Shown: positions 11,450-23,506, numbered from the stretch's first letter. The stretch is 64,000 bases of DNA from Mobula hypostoma (GCF_963921235.1 NC_086101.1:4280001-4344000); one strand, 5' to 3'. Program-made: numbers and translations. The notes: generated by a model from the letters alone, not told the origin.

Positions 11450-14400
11450 TAGACCAGCGGGAAGAGCTTAAAAAGAAGACACTTGCGACAGAGTAGGAGG
11501 GCTTTGGCTCAACAGGGCTTCGGCAATAACGGGTCAAGGCGAGGCAAGTTACTTGTGAAGGATAGGGATAGATGTGTCGAGCTGCAGCTTCTGAGGGACC
11601 GGGTTAGGGGCATGGAGATGCACCTCGAAGACCTTTGTCTGGTCAGGGAGAGTGAGGAGGTGATAGAGAGGAGCTATAGGCAAGTAGTCACACCGGGGCC
11701 TCGGGAGACAGTTAAATGGGTAACAGTCAGGAGAGGGAAGAGCAAGAGTCAGATACTAGAGAGTACCCCTGTGACTGTCCTCCTTAACAATAAGTACTCC
11801 TGTTTGAGTACTTTTGGGGGGAAGCAACAGTGGCCGTGCCTCTGGCACAGAGTCTGGCCCTGTGGCTTCGAAGGGTAGGAAAAAGAAGAGGATGTCAGCA
11901 GTGATAGGGGACTCTATAGTTAGAGGGGCAGACAGGCGATTCTGTGGACGCAGGAAAGAAACGCAGATGGTAGTTTACCTCCCAGGTGCCAGGGTCCGGG
12001 ATGTTTCTGATCGGGTCCACGACATCCTGAAGTGGGAAGGAGAACAGTCAGAGGTTGTGGTACATATTGGTACCAACGACATAGGCTCCTGAAAAGGTAG
12101 TAATCTCGGGATTACTGCCTGTGCCACGCAACAGTGAGTATAGGAATCGAGTGAGGTGGAGGATAAATGCGTGGCTGAGGGATTAGAGTAGGGGGTAGGG
12201 ATTCAGATTTCTGGATCATTGGGACCTCATTTAGGTCAGGAATGACCTGTACAAAAAGAATGGGTTGCACTTGAATCCGAGGGGGACCAATATCCTGGCA
12301 GGGAGGTTTGCTAAGGCTATTGGGGAGAATCTAAACTAGAATCACTGGGGGGTGGGAACCGAACTGAAGAGGCGGTTGGCTCACAAATCGAGAATGCTTG
12401 TAGACAATGTGGGAGGGAGGATAGGCAGGTGATAGAGAAGGGACTTGCTCAGACCGAGGGTTTGAGATGTGTCTATTTTAATGCAAGAAATATCATGAAC
12501 AAAGCGGATGAGCTTAAAGCGTGGATCAGTACTTAGAGCTATGATAATGTGGCCATTACAGAGACTTGGATGGCTCAGGGGCAGGAATGGCTACTTAGTG
12601 TGCCAGGCTTTAATTTCAGAAAGACAGGGAGGGAGGCAAAAGAGGTGGGGGGCATGGCACTGGTGATCAGAGATAGTGTAACAGCTGCAAAAAAGGTGGA
12701 CGCCATGGAGGGATTGTCTACGGGGTCTCCGTGGGTGCAGGTTAGGAACAGCAGGGGGTCAATAACTCACTGGGTGTTTTTTACAGACCACCTAATAGTA
12801 ACAGGCCATCGAGGAGCAGATTGGGAGGCAGATTCTGGAAAGGTGTAATAATAACAGGGTTGCTTTGGTGGGAGATTTTAATTTCCCAAATATTGATTGG
12901 CATCTCCCCAGAGTGAGGGGTTTAGATGGGGCGAAGTTTTTTAGATACGTCCATGGAGGAAAGGGAGGTTGGCTCACAAACAGAGAAAGCTTGGAAACAG
13001 TGTGAAAGGGAGGATAGGCAGGTGATAGAGAAGGGACGTGCTCAGACTGATGAGTTGAGATGTGTCTATTTTAATGCGAGGAGTATTGTGAACAAAGCAG
13101 AAGAGCTTAGAGTGTGGATCAGCACTTGGAGCTATGATGTTGTGGCCATTACAGAGACTTGGACGGTGCAGGGGCAGGAATGGTTACTTCAAGTGCCAGG
13201 CTTTAGATGTTTCAGAAAGGACAGGGAGGGAGGCAAAAGAGGTGAAGGTGTGGCACTGCTGATCAGAGATAGTGTAACGACTGCAGAACAGGAGGAAGTC
13301 ATGGAGGGATTGTCTACGGAGTCTCCGTTGGTGGAAGTTAGGAACAGGAAGGGGTCAATAACTCTACTGGGTGTTTTTTATAGACCACCCAATAGTAACA
13401 GGGACATCGAGGAGCAGATAGGGAGACAGATTCTGGAAAGATGCAATAATAATACGGTTGTCGTGGTGGGAGATTTCCCCTACTGATATAGAGCAAGGGG
13501 TTTAGATGGGGTGTAGTTTGTTAGGTGTGTTCAGGAAGGTTTCCAGACACAATATGTAGATAAGAGGAGAGGCTGTACTTGATCTGGTATTGGGAAATGA
13601 ACCTGGTCAGGTGTCAGGTCTCTCAGTGGGAGAACATTTTGGAGATAGTGATCATAATTCTATCTCCTTTACCATAGCATTGGAGAGGGATAGGAACAGA
13701 CCAGTTAGGAAAGTGTTTAACTGGAGTAAGGGGAAATATGAACTTATCAGGCAGGAACCTGGAAGCATAAATTGGGAACCGATATCCTCAGGGAAATGTA
13801 CAGCAGAAATGTGGCAAACGGTCAGGGGATATTTGTGTGGAGTTCTGCATGGTACATTCCAATGAGACAGGGAAAGGATGGTAGGGTACAGGAACCGTGG
13901 TGTACAAAGGCTGTTGTACATCTAGTCAAGAAGAAAAGCTTACAAAAGGTTCAAAAAACTAGGTAATGACAGAGATCTAGAAAATTATAAAGCTAGCAGG
14001 AAGGAGAGCCAGAAGGGGCCATGAGAAGGCCTTGGCTGATAGGATTAAGGAAAACCCCAAGGCATTCGACAAGTATGTGAAGAGCAAGAGGATAAGATGT
14101 GAGAGAATAGGACCAATCAGGTTTGACAGTGGAAAAGTGTGCATGGAACCGGAGGAGATAATGGAGGTACTTTGCTTTAGTATTCACTACGGAAAATGAT
14201 CTTCGTGATTGTAGGGATGACTTGAAAAACTTGAGCATATAGACATAAAGAAAGAGGATGTGCTGGAGCTTTTGGAAAGCATCAAGTTGGATAAGTCACC
14301 AGGACCGGACGAGATATAACGCAGGCTACTGTGGGAGGTGAGGGGGGAGATTGCTGAGACTCTGGCAATGATCCTTGGATTATCAATGGGGACGGGAGAG

Positions 14401-15550
14401 GTTCCGGAGGATTGGAGGGTTGCAGATGTCATTCCCATATTCAAGAAAGGGAGTAGAGATAGCCCAGGAAATTATAGACCAGTGAGTCTTACTTCAGTGG
14501 TTGCTAAGTTGATGGAGAAGATCCTGAGAGGCAGGATTTATGAACATTTAGTGAGGTATAATATGATTTGGAATAGTCAGCATAGCTTTGTTAAAGGCAG
14601 GTCGTGCCTTACAAGCCCGATTGAATTTTTTGAGGATGTGACTAAACACATTGATGAAGGAAGAGCAGTAGCTGTAGTGTATATGGATTTCAGCAAGGCA
14701 TTTGATAAGGTACCCCATGCCAGGCTTATTCAGAAAATGAGGAGGCATGGGATCCAAGGAGACATTGCTTTGTGGATCCAGAACTGGCTTGCCCACAGAA
14801 GGCAAAGAGTGGTTGTGGACGGGTCATATTCTGCATGGAGGTCGGTGACCAGCGGTATGCCTCAGGGATCTGTTCTGGGACCCCTTCTCTTCGTGATTTT
14901 CATAAATTACCTCGATGAGGGATGGGTTAGTAAATTTGCTGATGACACAAAGGTTGAGGGTATTGTGGATAGTGTGGAGGGGCTGTCAGAGGTTACAACA
15001 GGATATTGATAGAATGCAAAACTGGGCTGAGAAGTGGCAGATGGATTTCAACCCCGATAAGTGTGAGGTGATTCATTTTGGTAGGTCAAATATGATGGCA
15101 GAATATAGTATTAATGGTAAGACCCTTGGCAGTGTGGAGGATCAGAGGGATCTTGGGGTCCTAGTCCATAGGACACTCAAAGCTGCTATGCAGGTTGACT
15201 CTGTGGTTAAGAAGGCATACGGTGCATTGGCCTTCATCAATCGTGGGATTGAGTTCATAAGCCGAAAGGTAATGTCACAGCTATACAGAAGCCTGGTCAG
15301 ACCCCACTTTTAAGGTGAGTGGGGGTAACTTGAAAGGAGATGTGAAGGGCAAGTGTTGTATTTTACACAGAGAGTGGTGGGTGCCTGGGGTGGTGGGAGA
15401 GGCAGATCCATTAGAGACGTGTAGATAGGCACATGAATGTGAGGGGAATGGAGGGATATGGACACTGTGTAGGCAGAAGGGATTAGTTTAGTTTGGCACA
15501 CGACTGTGCGCTGAAGGGCCTGTTCCTGTCTGGTATTGTTCTGTGTCTAT
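11450..15550 (+). mobile_element. Near full-length decayed CR1 LINE (ORF1 esterase, ORF2 APE + RT) with a duplicated APE start
   Basis: ORF1 [74 protein letters not shown]1 3' tail. Confidence 0.93.
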
Positions 15551-15720
15551 GGCCCATGATCTCATTCAGGAGGGAGGGCATCTAGAAAGCCGGCGGGGAG
15601 TGCCAGGGGAAACTCTGGGTGAACTCCCGGGGGTGGGGAGCACGTACGACGATTGTCCGTGGCGGTGTCTGGGCGAGCGAGACTGACTGACTGCCCCGAG
15701 GCCTCGCTCACCCGCCCGCC

Positions 15721-16866
15721 CTAGGGCACCACCACCTTGATCTCGGCCAGCCGGCTGCCGCTGGAGTTGCCGGTGGTGGTCTTGCCGTGCTGGTCGCGCA
15801 GGTGGACGCGCAGCGTATTGTAGTGGGTGAAACGCATGTCGCAGTAGCTGCAGCAGTGGGGCGCGTCGCCATTGTGCAAGTTCATGTGGTCCTTCAGCGA
15901 GCGTTTCTGCGTGAAGGTGCGGCCGCAGACGGTGCAGCAGTGCGGCTTGAAGCCGGTGTGCACGTTGATGTGCTGCGCCAGCCGGGCGTTCTTCCGGAAG
16001 ACCTTGTCGCACAGGAGGCACAAGTAGAGCCGGTGCTTGACCATGTGGGCGGCCAGGTGCTCCCGCTGCTCGAAGGCGGCCCCGCACTCGGAGCAGGAGG
16101 CCGGCTCGGCCCCAGGGCCCTCAGGGCTGGGTGGCTGCTGCACCGCCGGCTTCTCAGCGCCCTGCTGCGGCCCCTCGCTGGCCGGGCTCCCGTAGTCCTC
16201 CTCCGGGAGGTCATCAGTGGGGCCGGCGGACGACTCATCCTCCTGCATCCCTCCTCCTCCTCCTCCTCCCCCGGCCCCTCCGGCCCCGGCCGGCCCCATC
16301 GTGGAGTGGATGCGGGGCTCGGGTTCCGAGGGAGCGGCCAGAGGTGCCTGGGCACACCCCTGCCTCCCGTTCTCCTGCTTCACGCCGCCCTCAGGCCCCG
16401 GCCACGCGTCTGGCGCCCGGCCGGAGGAGGAGGAGGCGATCTGCGGGGTGGCGGGGCGGCCGTCACCCTCCTCGGTCAGCACCGAGGCCACGCAGGGCGA
16501 GAGCGACTGGCGGCACTTCTCCACCACGTGCTCCATCTGTAGGCAACTGGCGGCTGCCAGGTAGTCCACGATGTCACGGAACGGGAACTCCAGCGAGCCG
16601 GTGTAGCAGGAGAGCAGGAGCCGCAGCACCACCTCGGCACCGGCCATGGGGCACACCTGCACCTCCCGCGACGGGTCCATGTGGAAGCGGTCCCGCAGGA
16701 ACGGAGAGCAGGCCGCCAGCACCACCCGGTGCCCCGGGAAACGCAGGCCGCCCACCACGATGGTCACGTCGCAAAACCATTCCTCCATCCGCAGCTGGTT
16801 CATCCGCTGCAAGGTCTCGCCTTCGTGCTCGGGGAATTGGAAACGCAGCAGCTTCCCGCTGGCCAT
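15721..16866 (-). CDS. ZBTB12: BTB/POZ + 4 C2H2 zinc-finger protein, ZBTB12-like (381 aa, single coding exon)
   Basis: N-terminus [26 protein letters not shown]...FCDVTIV...[10 protein letters not shown]...[31 protein letters not shown] and C-terminus CSYCD.RF.H...HL..QHGKTT...AEI.V closely follow recalled ZBTB12; acceptor ctctttccctcggcAG sits 4 nt before the ATG at 16866. May be a paralogue rather than the 1:1 orthologue. Confidence 0.88.
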   Translation of the reverse strand: MASGKLLRFQFPEHEGETLQRMNQLRMEEWFCDVTIVVGGLRFPGHRVVLAACSPFLRDRFHMDPSREVQVCPMAGAEVVLRLLLSCYTGSLEFPFRDIVDYLAAASCLQMEHVVEKCRQSLSPCVASVLTEEGDGRPATPQIASSSSGRAPDAWPGPEGGVKQENGRQGCAQAPLAAPSEPEPRIHSTMGPAGAGGAGGGGGGGGMQEDESSAGPTDDLPEEDYGSPASEGPQQGAEKPAVQQPPSPEGPGAEPASCSECGAAFEQREHLAAHMVKHRLYLCLLCDKVFRKNARLAQHINVHTGFKPHCCTVCGRTFTQKRSLKDHMNLHNGDAPHCCSYCDMRFTHYNTLRVHLRDQHGKTTTGNSSGSRLAEIKVVVP

Positions 16867-17095
16867 CGTCCTGCCGAGGGAAAGAGGGACCGGAATTAAA
16901 GGTACAGCCTTTCTCCCCATCTACCGAGTCTTTGCACGGGGCATTGTCCCTTTAAGACTACTTCAGAGTTCAGAGTAAATTTATTACCCAGCTACAAGTA
17001 GGTCACCATCTACAACCCTGAGATTCATTTTCCTGTTGGCCTTCACAATAAATTCAAGAAACACAATAGAATCAATGAAAGACCACACCCTGCAA

Positions 17096-17596
17096 CAGCA
17101 GTCCCCAACCACCGGGCCGCAAGGAAATGATATGAGTCAGCCGCACCTTTCCTCATTCCCTATCACGCACTGTTGATCTTGAAATAACCTACCAAATCAT
17201 ACCAAATAACACATAAAATCTAAAATAACACTAACATATAGTAAAAGCAGGAATGATATGATAAATACACAGCCTATATAAAGTAGAAATAATGTACGTA
17301 CAGTGCAGTTTCACTTAACAGAATCGGGAAGATTAAGCCAAAACTGATTTGTAGGGAAAAAAATCGGCACGTACACACAGGCACAAACAGGTGTCCGCGC
17401 AAGGCTTCATGGTCATGGTAGTCTTTCTCGGGGTAAACACAAGTGTCCCGTATTTGACTGCTACTTTTGTCCCTTATTTGGGAGTGAGAAAGTTGGCAAT
17501 CCTACTTGAATACCCCCCGCCCCCCCGTCAGCCGGTCCGCAAGAATATCAACAATATTAAACCGGTCCGCGGTGCAAAGAAGGTTGGGGACCCCTG
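17096..17596. mobile_element. hAT (Charlie-type) MITE in ZBTB12-like intron 1
   Basis: TIRs cagcagtccccaacc / ggttggggacccctg; imperfect 8-bp TSD ccctgcaa / ccctacag. Confidence 0.75.
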
Positions 17597-17654
17597 CCCT
17601 ACAGGATGGACAAACAACCAGTGTGCAGAAGACAACTCTGCAAATACACGAATA

Positions 17655-17850
17655 CCCAATTCCTGCCACTGCCTGTAAGGAGTCTGTACGTTCTCGCTGT
17701 GACCGCGGGGGTTTCCTCCGGGTGCTGCGGTTTCCTCCCACATCCCAAAGACGCACTGGCTGATAGATTCACTGGTCATTGTGCATTGTCCCGTGATTAG
17801 GCAGTGGGTAAATCGGGGGGAGGGAGGGGGCGCGACTCAAAGGGCCTCTT
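17655..17850 (+). mobile_element. HE1-like V-SINE fragment
   Basis: gggtttcctccgggtgctgcggtttcctcccacatcccaaagacg V-domain. Confidence 0.8.
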
Positions 17851-17949
17851 CCTGTTTTAGCTCGTCCTCCCTCAATGGAAAATAACGGTTCTGTTACTAC
17901 TTGTTCTGTCCGGACAGAATAAAAGGCAAAAAACTTTTTCACCAGAGAA

Positions 17950-18410
17950 ACAGGGGCGCTGCCCCTTTAAGACTCCAGCTATTAAAGGCGCAGGCGCCCA
18001 AGCCTCTTCCCCCCTCCGCTCCCTTCGCGTCAGTCAGGTCGCTGCCCCTTTAAGGGTCGCGTTTGCCGAGAGGCAGCCCGAAAAGACTATCCGGACGAGA
18101 GGCAGTGGGGACAAGCGTCGCGGTGTCCGGCTCCGGTTCCCCGGACTTCCCCCGTCCGCCGCGGACACTCACCGGACGGCGGATCCGCGGCTCCGAGTGG
18201 CGGCGTCGGGACTCTTGTGAGGCGGCGAGCGGCGGGTGGCCGAGCAAAACCCGAGAGGCGCGACTCCCGGATGCAGCGCCGAGCGGGTCGACCAGCTGCC
18301 GTTCCGGAGTTCCCCGAAACAAGGCGTTCGCACCGCCCACTCTGACGACAGATCCCTTCGCTGCAAAGCCGGAGGTTGCCCGTTTCCAGCGATACTCGGC
18401 GGAATTGGCT
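17950..18410 (-). promoter_or_regulatory. CpG island / promoter and non-coding exon 1 (3' end 18173) of the ZBTB12-like gene
   Basis: CpG-rich; - strand donor CCG|GTGAGT at 18173/18172 pairs with the acceptor at 16871 (intron about 1.3 kb). Confidence 0.7.
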
Positions 18411-18748
18411 TCACTATTTTTCACATGTGCCGAGGTACATTGAAAACCTTCTCTTGCATACCATGCATTGCAGACTAATTTATTGCAAGATGCATTGAGG
18501 GAGTAAAGGTTAAAGATGGGCTTTATCCGCAACTGGTACACCGAAATATACAGTGAAATGCATCGTTTGTGTCAAATTAAATCAGCGAGGATGTGCTGGG
18601 CAGGTGTCGCCACGCTTCTACACAGGATGCCTGCAGTTCACCAGCGTCTACAATTCACCCATACGTCTTTGGAACGTGGGAGGAAAGCGGAGCGCCCGGA
18701 GGAAACCCACACGGTCACAAGAAGGACCTACGAGCTCCTTACGGATCA

Positions 18749-19004
18749 AGCAACGCACATCAAAGTTGCTGGTGAACGCAGCAGGCCAGGCAGCATCTGT
18801 AGGAAGAGGTACAGTCGACGTTTCAGGCCGAGACCCTTCGTCAGGACTAACTCTTCCTTCAGTTAGTCCTGACGAAGGGTCTCGGCCTGAAACGTCGACT
18901 GCACCTCTTCCTGGGGATGCTGCCTGGCCTGCTGCGTTCACCAGCAACTTTGATGTGTGTTGCTTGAATTTCCAGCATCTGCAGAATTCCTGTTGTTTGC
19001 GTCG
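18749..19004. mobile_element. Palindromic Penelope-derived element with hammerhead ribozymes on both strands, inserted in an HE1-like SINE
   Basis: About 105-bp arms around a centre near 18856; 10-bp TSD ttacggatca at 18739-18748 and 19005-19014; intact cores at 18865-18900 (+) and 18812-18848 (-). Confidence 0.88.
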
Positions 19005-19724
19005 TTACGGATCATGTCGGATTTGAGCCCGTGGTCGCCGGCTCCGTTACAGGCCTGCAACTCATCAGGTCCCGGGTCGGCTGCGTCCGGCTTCCACGCT
19101 GGGGACTCCCATTCCAGAACTTCAGATCTGAACGCTGTTTGCTTTCTTTCATTGTTATCGCAATGTGTTTTTTTTTATCCCCCCTCGCATGGCGGTCTTG
19201 TATTTTTAATGGGCTCTGTTTTGTTTTTTGTTCTGCGGGCTGCCTATGCAGGGAGCTGAATCTCACGGTTGTGTGTAGTACATATAATAAATGAACTTTG
19301 AATTCTTCCACAACTGATTACAAGGTGAAACAATCACAGAATGCAGAATAAAGCGCCCCCTTCTCATTGCCTCCATCAAGAAGGAGGTGCAGGAGCCTGA
19401 AGACACACACTCAGTGTTTGAGGAACAGCTCCTTCCCCTCTGCCACCTGATTTCTCAATGGACGACGTTCCCATGAACACGCCCTCATTATTTTTGGATC
19501 TCATTTTTTTGCACAAAGACATAAATGTATTTTCTATTATTTTATTCCGGTAGCATAAAGGTTAGCACCACACTGTCACAGCTCAAAGCATCGGACTTCT
19601 GAGTTCAATTCACGAATTTTTAACAAAGCGACCAGCAGACTGTAACAGGGACTGTCAGTCTCTTGCTGTGAAATGGGTGATACTGTATCTCTCTGTCCCT
19701 TGTTAGGGAGAGGGAGACTGGCAT

Positions 19725-20105
19725 GTCGAGGACTGGACTCTCTGACGGTGGTGTCTGAAAAGAGGATGCTGTCCAAGTTGCATGCCATCTTGGACAATGT
19801 CTCCCATCCACTACATAATGTACTGGGTGGGCACAGGAGTACATTCAGCCAGAGACTCATCCCACCGAGATGCAGCACAGAGCGTCATAGGAAGTCATTC
19901 CTGCCTGTGGCCATCAAACTTTACAACTCCTCCCTTGGAGGGTCAGACACCCTGAGCCAATAAGCTGGTCCTGGACTTATTTCTTGGCATAATTTACATA
20001 TTACTATTTAATTATTTGTGGTTTTATTACTATTTATTATTTATGGTGCAACTGTAATGAAAACCAATTTCCCCCGGGATCAACAAAGTATGACTATGAC
20101 TATGA
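19725..20105 (+). mobile_element. Rex1/Babar-type LINE 3' end with (TATGAC)n tail
   Basis: MLSKLHAILDNVSHPLH...PRC.TER.RKSFLPVAIKLYN; near-identical copy at 52281-52620. Confidence 0.8.
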
Positions 20106-20544
20106 ACAACTAGTTTCTGTTGACTGCAAATCACAGACTCTCTTTGGGTGCTTTGCTGCTGCCTGCAGGACAGTGGGTGCTGAAATGGGAGGGGGAGATG
20201 GATGCTTTGCTGCTGTTTGTGCGGGGAAGGGGCGGGGAGGGTTTCTATTTTTCAGGGATGTCGGCGAAGACGGGTATTTCAGGTTGTATACTGTTGCTAT
20301 TCCCTGATAATAAACTGAACCGTTGAATTTCGGCAACATTTTGCAAGGTGTCTCTGCACTTCCTCCCAGTGGGTTGTGTGGGTTTTCCACCGTGCTCCAG
20401 TTTCTTCCCACAGTCCAAATACACACCGGTGAGGTGAACTGGTCAATGTAAATTAGGTTAGGGTTAATCTGGATGGTGGGACTGCTGCTGCCATGGGGCT
20501 CAAAGTACTCTGCACTGAATAAATATTGTAATTTATAGTTTTTT

Positions 20545-21195
20545 TAGACCATAAGATACAGGAGCAGAATTAGGCCATTCAGCCCATCGAGTCTGCCCCA
20601 TCATTTCACATGGCTGATCCATTTTTCCTTTCAGTCCCAGTCTCCTGCCTTCCCCCGCCCCCCCCCGAGTTATCAAAAATCTACCAACCTCTGCCTTAAA
20701 TACACCCAATCACTTTGCCACTACAGCTGCCTGTGGCAACGATTCCACAGATTGGCCACTCGCTGGCTGAAGAAATTCCTCCTCATCTCCGTTATAAATG
20801 GACATCCCTCTACTCTAAGGCTGTGCCCTCTGGTCTGAGACTCCCCTCCACAGGAAACATCCTCTCCACATCCACTCTGCTGAGGCCTCTGGATACTCAG
20901 TCGGTTTCAATGAGATCACCCATCGTTCTTCTAATCTCCAGTGAGTATAGGCCCAGGGCCATCAACCAGTCGTCTCCTCATATGGCAACCCTTTCATCCT
21001 CGGAATCATTTTCGTGAAATTCCTCTAAACCATCTCCAATGCTTTCTTAAATAAGGAGCCCAAAACTGCTCACAATACTCCAAGTGAGGTCTCACCAGTG
21101 CTTTATAAAATCTCAACATTAAGTCTTTGTTTTTATATTCTAGCCCTCTCAAAATGAGTACTAACATTGCATTTGCCTTCCTCACCACAGTCTCG
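20545..21195 (-). mobile_element. CR1 LINE 3' fragment
   Basis: ORF 21006-21287 (VVRKANAML..LEYK..YKALVRPHLEYC); reverse-complement CR1 tail agaccataagatacaggagcag. Confidence 0.85.
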
Positions 21196-21224
21196 GCCTC
21201 CAAGTCCCTCTCTGAAATTATGTA

Positions 21225-22190
21225 CCAGGGGTGATTGATAAGTTCCTGGCCTAAGGTAGAAGAAGTCAGTTTTAGAAAACCTAGCACATTTATTTTTCAA
21301 CATAGTCCCCCCCTACATGTACACACCTAGTCCACTTAGGAAATTGTGCGCATGCGCTGGTCGTGCATGTGACCTGTTACAGTTGCTCTGTAGTGTCTTA
21401 CTTTTAAACTTTTTAACTTAGTTATTTGTTGTATTTTTTTCTCACGGTAACACGTTGAAGCTGCACCCTCTCTAACATGCTGGTGGAGAGAGTTTTACTT
21501 GTTTTTTTAGTTACATTCGGACACGTCTCGTTAGCGTGGCAGCAGTATGGCCGCATTGTGTATTCCAGGGACCAGCTGATTGCGCTCATGTCTGCCGGCT
21601 TAGCGAACAGAGCAGCGGACATCCCGGCTGAAATCTGGAGGAAAATATACAGAGGATGCAGAGGGGGATCAAAAAGGCGAGGGAAGAGGACCGGGTCGAG
21701 ACAACAGAGGCTTATGGAGAAGAGAAGTTATAAGCCGTGTCTCCCCTCTCTCATCAGGGGAAATGTGAGATCGCTGGGGAATAAAATAGACGAATTGACG
21801 GCGCTTGTCAGGAGTCAGAGAACATTTTGGGAGAGCAATGTCATGTGTTTTACTGAAATGTGGCTGCACGAGGACATACCCGATCAAAGCGTTTCCGTAG
21901 AGGGCTTCCAGACCGTTCGATCTGACCAGATTTCAACCAATTTCCCCCCGGGATCAATAAAGTATGACTATGACTATGTCCAGTGGCCTTGGAGCATACG
22001 GATCCCTTCTTTGTCGAAGTGGTCCACAGCAGGGGTGATTGATAAGTTCGTGGCCTTAGGTAGAAGGAGATGAGTTATACAGCTCTCGTTACATGCACGT
22101 GCAGTTCAACCCTTTGAGTGAAAATGCAGAAAATTTGAAGTTAATAACTCATCTTCTACCTTAGGCCATGAGATTATCAATCACCCCTCG
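21225..22190. mobile_element. mariner-type MITE (interrupted by a Rex1 deletion derivative)
   Basis: TA-flanked TIRs c(c/g)aggggtgattgataa / ttatcaatcacccctcg; a third internal copy of the TIR at about 22030. Confidence 0.8.
21335..21978 (+). mobile_element. Internally deleted Rex1/Babar LINE (5'UTR + APE N-terminus joined to the 3' tail)
   Basis: ORF from 21477: PSL..GNVRSLGNKIDEL...CFTE.WL (APE start), then an abrupt jump to aaccaatttccccccgggatcaataaagtatgactatgactatg, the same tail as at 20063-20105. Confidence 0.8.
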
Positions 22191-23506
22191 TATTGCAATG
22201 TACAGCTGTGGCAAAACATCAAATTTCATGACACAGCCACAGAAAAGTATAGTGCAAGGTGATAACGAGATGGCTTCTGACAGCTAGACTCCATCTTGTT
22301 GTACAAGGGAATAGTTCTATCTTCTGATAACACTGGGCTACAAGTGATGACTTATTGTACCAGGGAACAGTCCCACTGATAACAATGGACTACAAATGGT
22401 GACTTAAGCCTGCTACTTGGTTCTTTAAGGGTTTTGCACAGGTACAGTGAAACACTTCCTTGCAGTCACATCACAGGCTGCAAAAAACGGATCCTGACCC
22501 GGATCTGGGCCGTACCCTCCAAATATCCGGACCTGCATCTTGGTTTTTTTTTGCACTACCTTACTTTCCAGTTTTCTATTTTCTATTTCTGATTTATAAT
22601 TTAAATTTTTAATATTTACTATCGATTTGTAATCCAGGGAGCGGGAAGCGCAGAATCAAATATCGCTATGATGATTGTACGTTCTAGTGTCAATTGTTTG
22701 GCGACAATGAAGTATAATTCCTTGATTGTTTGTCCATTCTGTTTGTGCAGTCATTCATTCATTCTATTGTGCTTCTTGTATTTACTTGAAGTCCTGCAGG
22801 AAAATGAATATCAGGGTTGTATACACAGGGCACTTAGTATTCTCAAGGATCCCACCCATCCATCCAGCATCCTCTTTGACTTTCCACCATCAGGCAGGAG
22901 ACTCCAATGCACAAAAATAAGACATTCAGGATGGGAAACAGTTTCTTCCCCCAGGCCATTAGGCTTCTGAACTCCCAGATACATAGCATTCAAAGGGTTA
23001 CCGGATCATTTGTACTGTACACCACAAAATTTAATTTATGACTTCACTTTGTTTATCTGTGCATAATTAATTTGTAGATTAAATTCTACTTTCCTAAGTT
23101 ATTGTGTGCTACATGTGTGTGATGTGTACTACTCTGCTTTCCACCCTGATCCAGTGAGTATTGTCCCATTTGGCGATTTCAGTATTAAATGACAATAAAC
23201 TTGACTTGTCATGGTGACATACAGTGGTGTTACAAAGTTCGAGAACCCAGTAGAATTTTCTCTATTCCTGCATAAATATGACATAAAATGTGATCAGATC
23301 TCCATGTTAGTCCTAAAACTAGGTGAAGAGAAACCAGTTAAATAAATAACACAAAAAACATACTTGTTCATTTACTTATAAGACCATTAGATATAGGAAC
23401 AGAAGAAGGCTATTTGGCCCATCGGGTCTGCTCCGCCATTTAATCATGGGCTGATCCAATTCTTCCAGTCATCCCCACTCCCCTGCTTTCACCCCATACT
23501 CTTTGA

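Noticed and set aside
16867..16920. Upstream ATG giving the 399-aa ORF
   Set aside because: Lies in the intron's polypyrimidine tract; homology starts at MASG (16866) and an acceptor AG sits at 16871-16872
15566..16978. Long overlapping and antisense ORFs over the ZBTB gene
   Set aside because: Shadow ORFs caused by very high GC; no domains recognised
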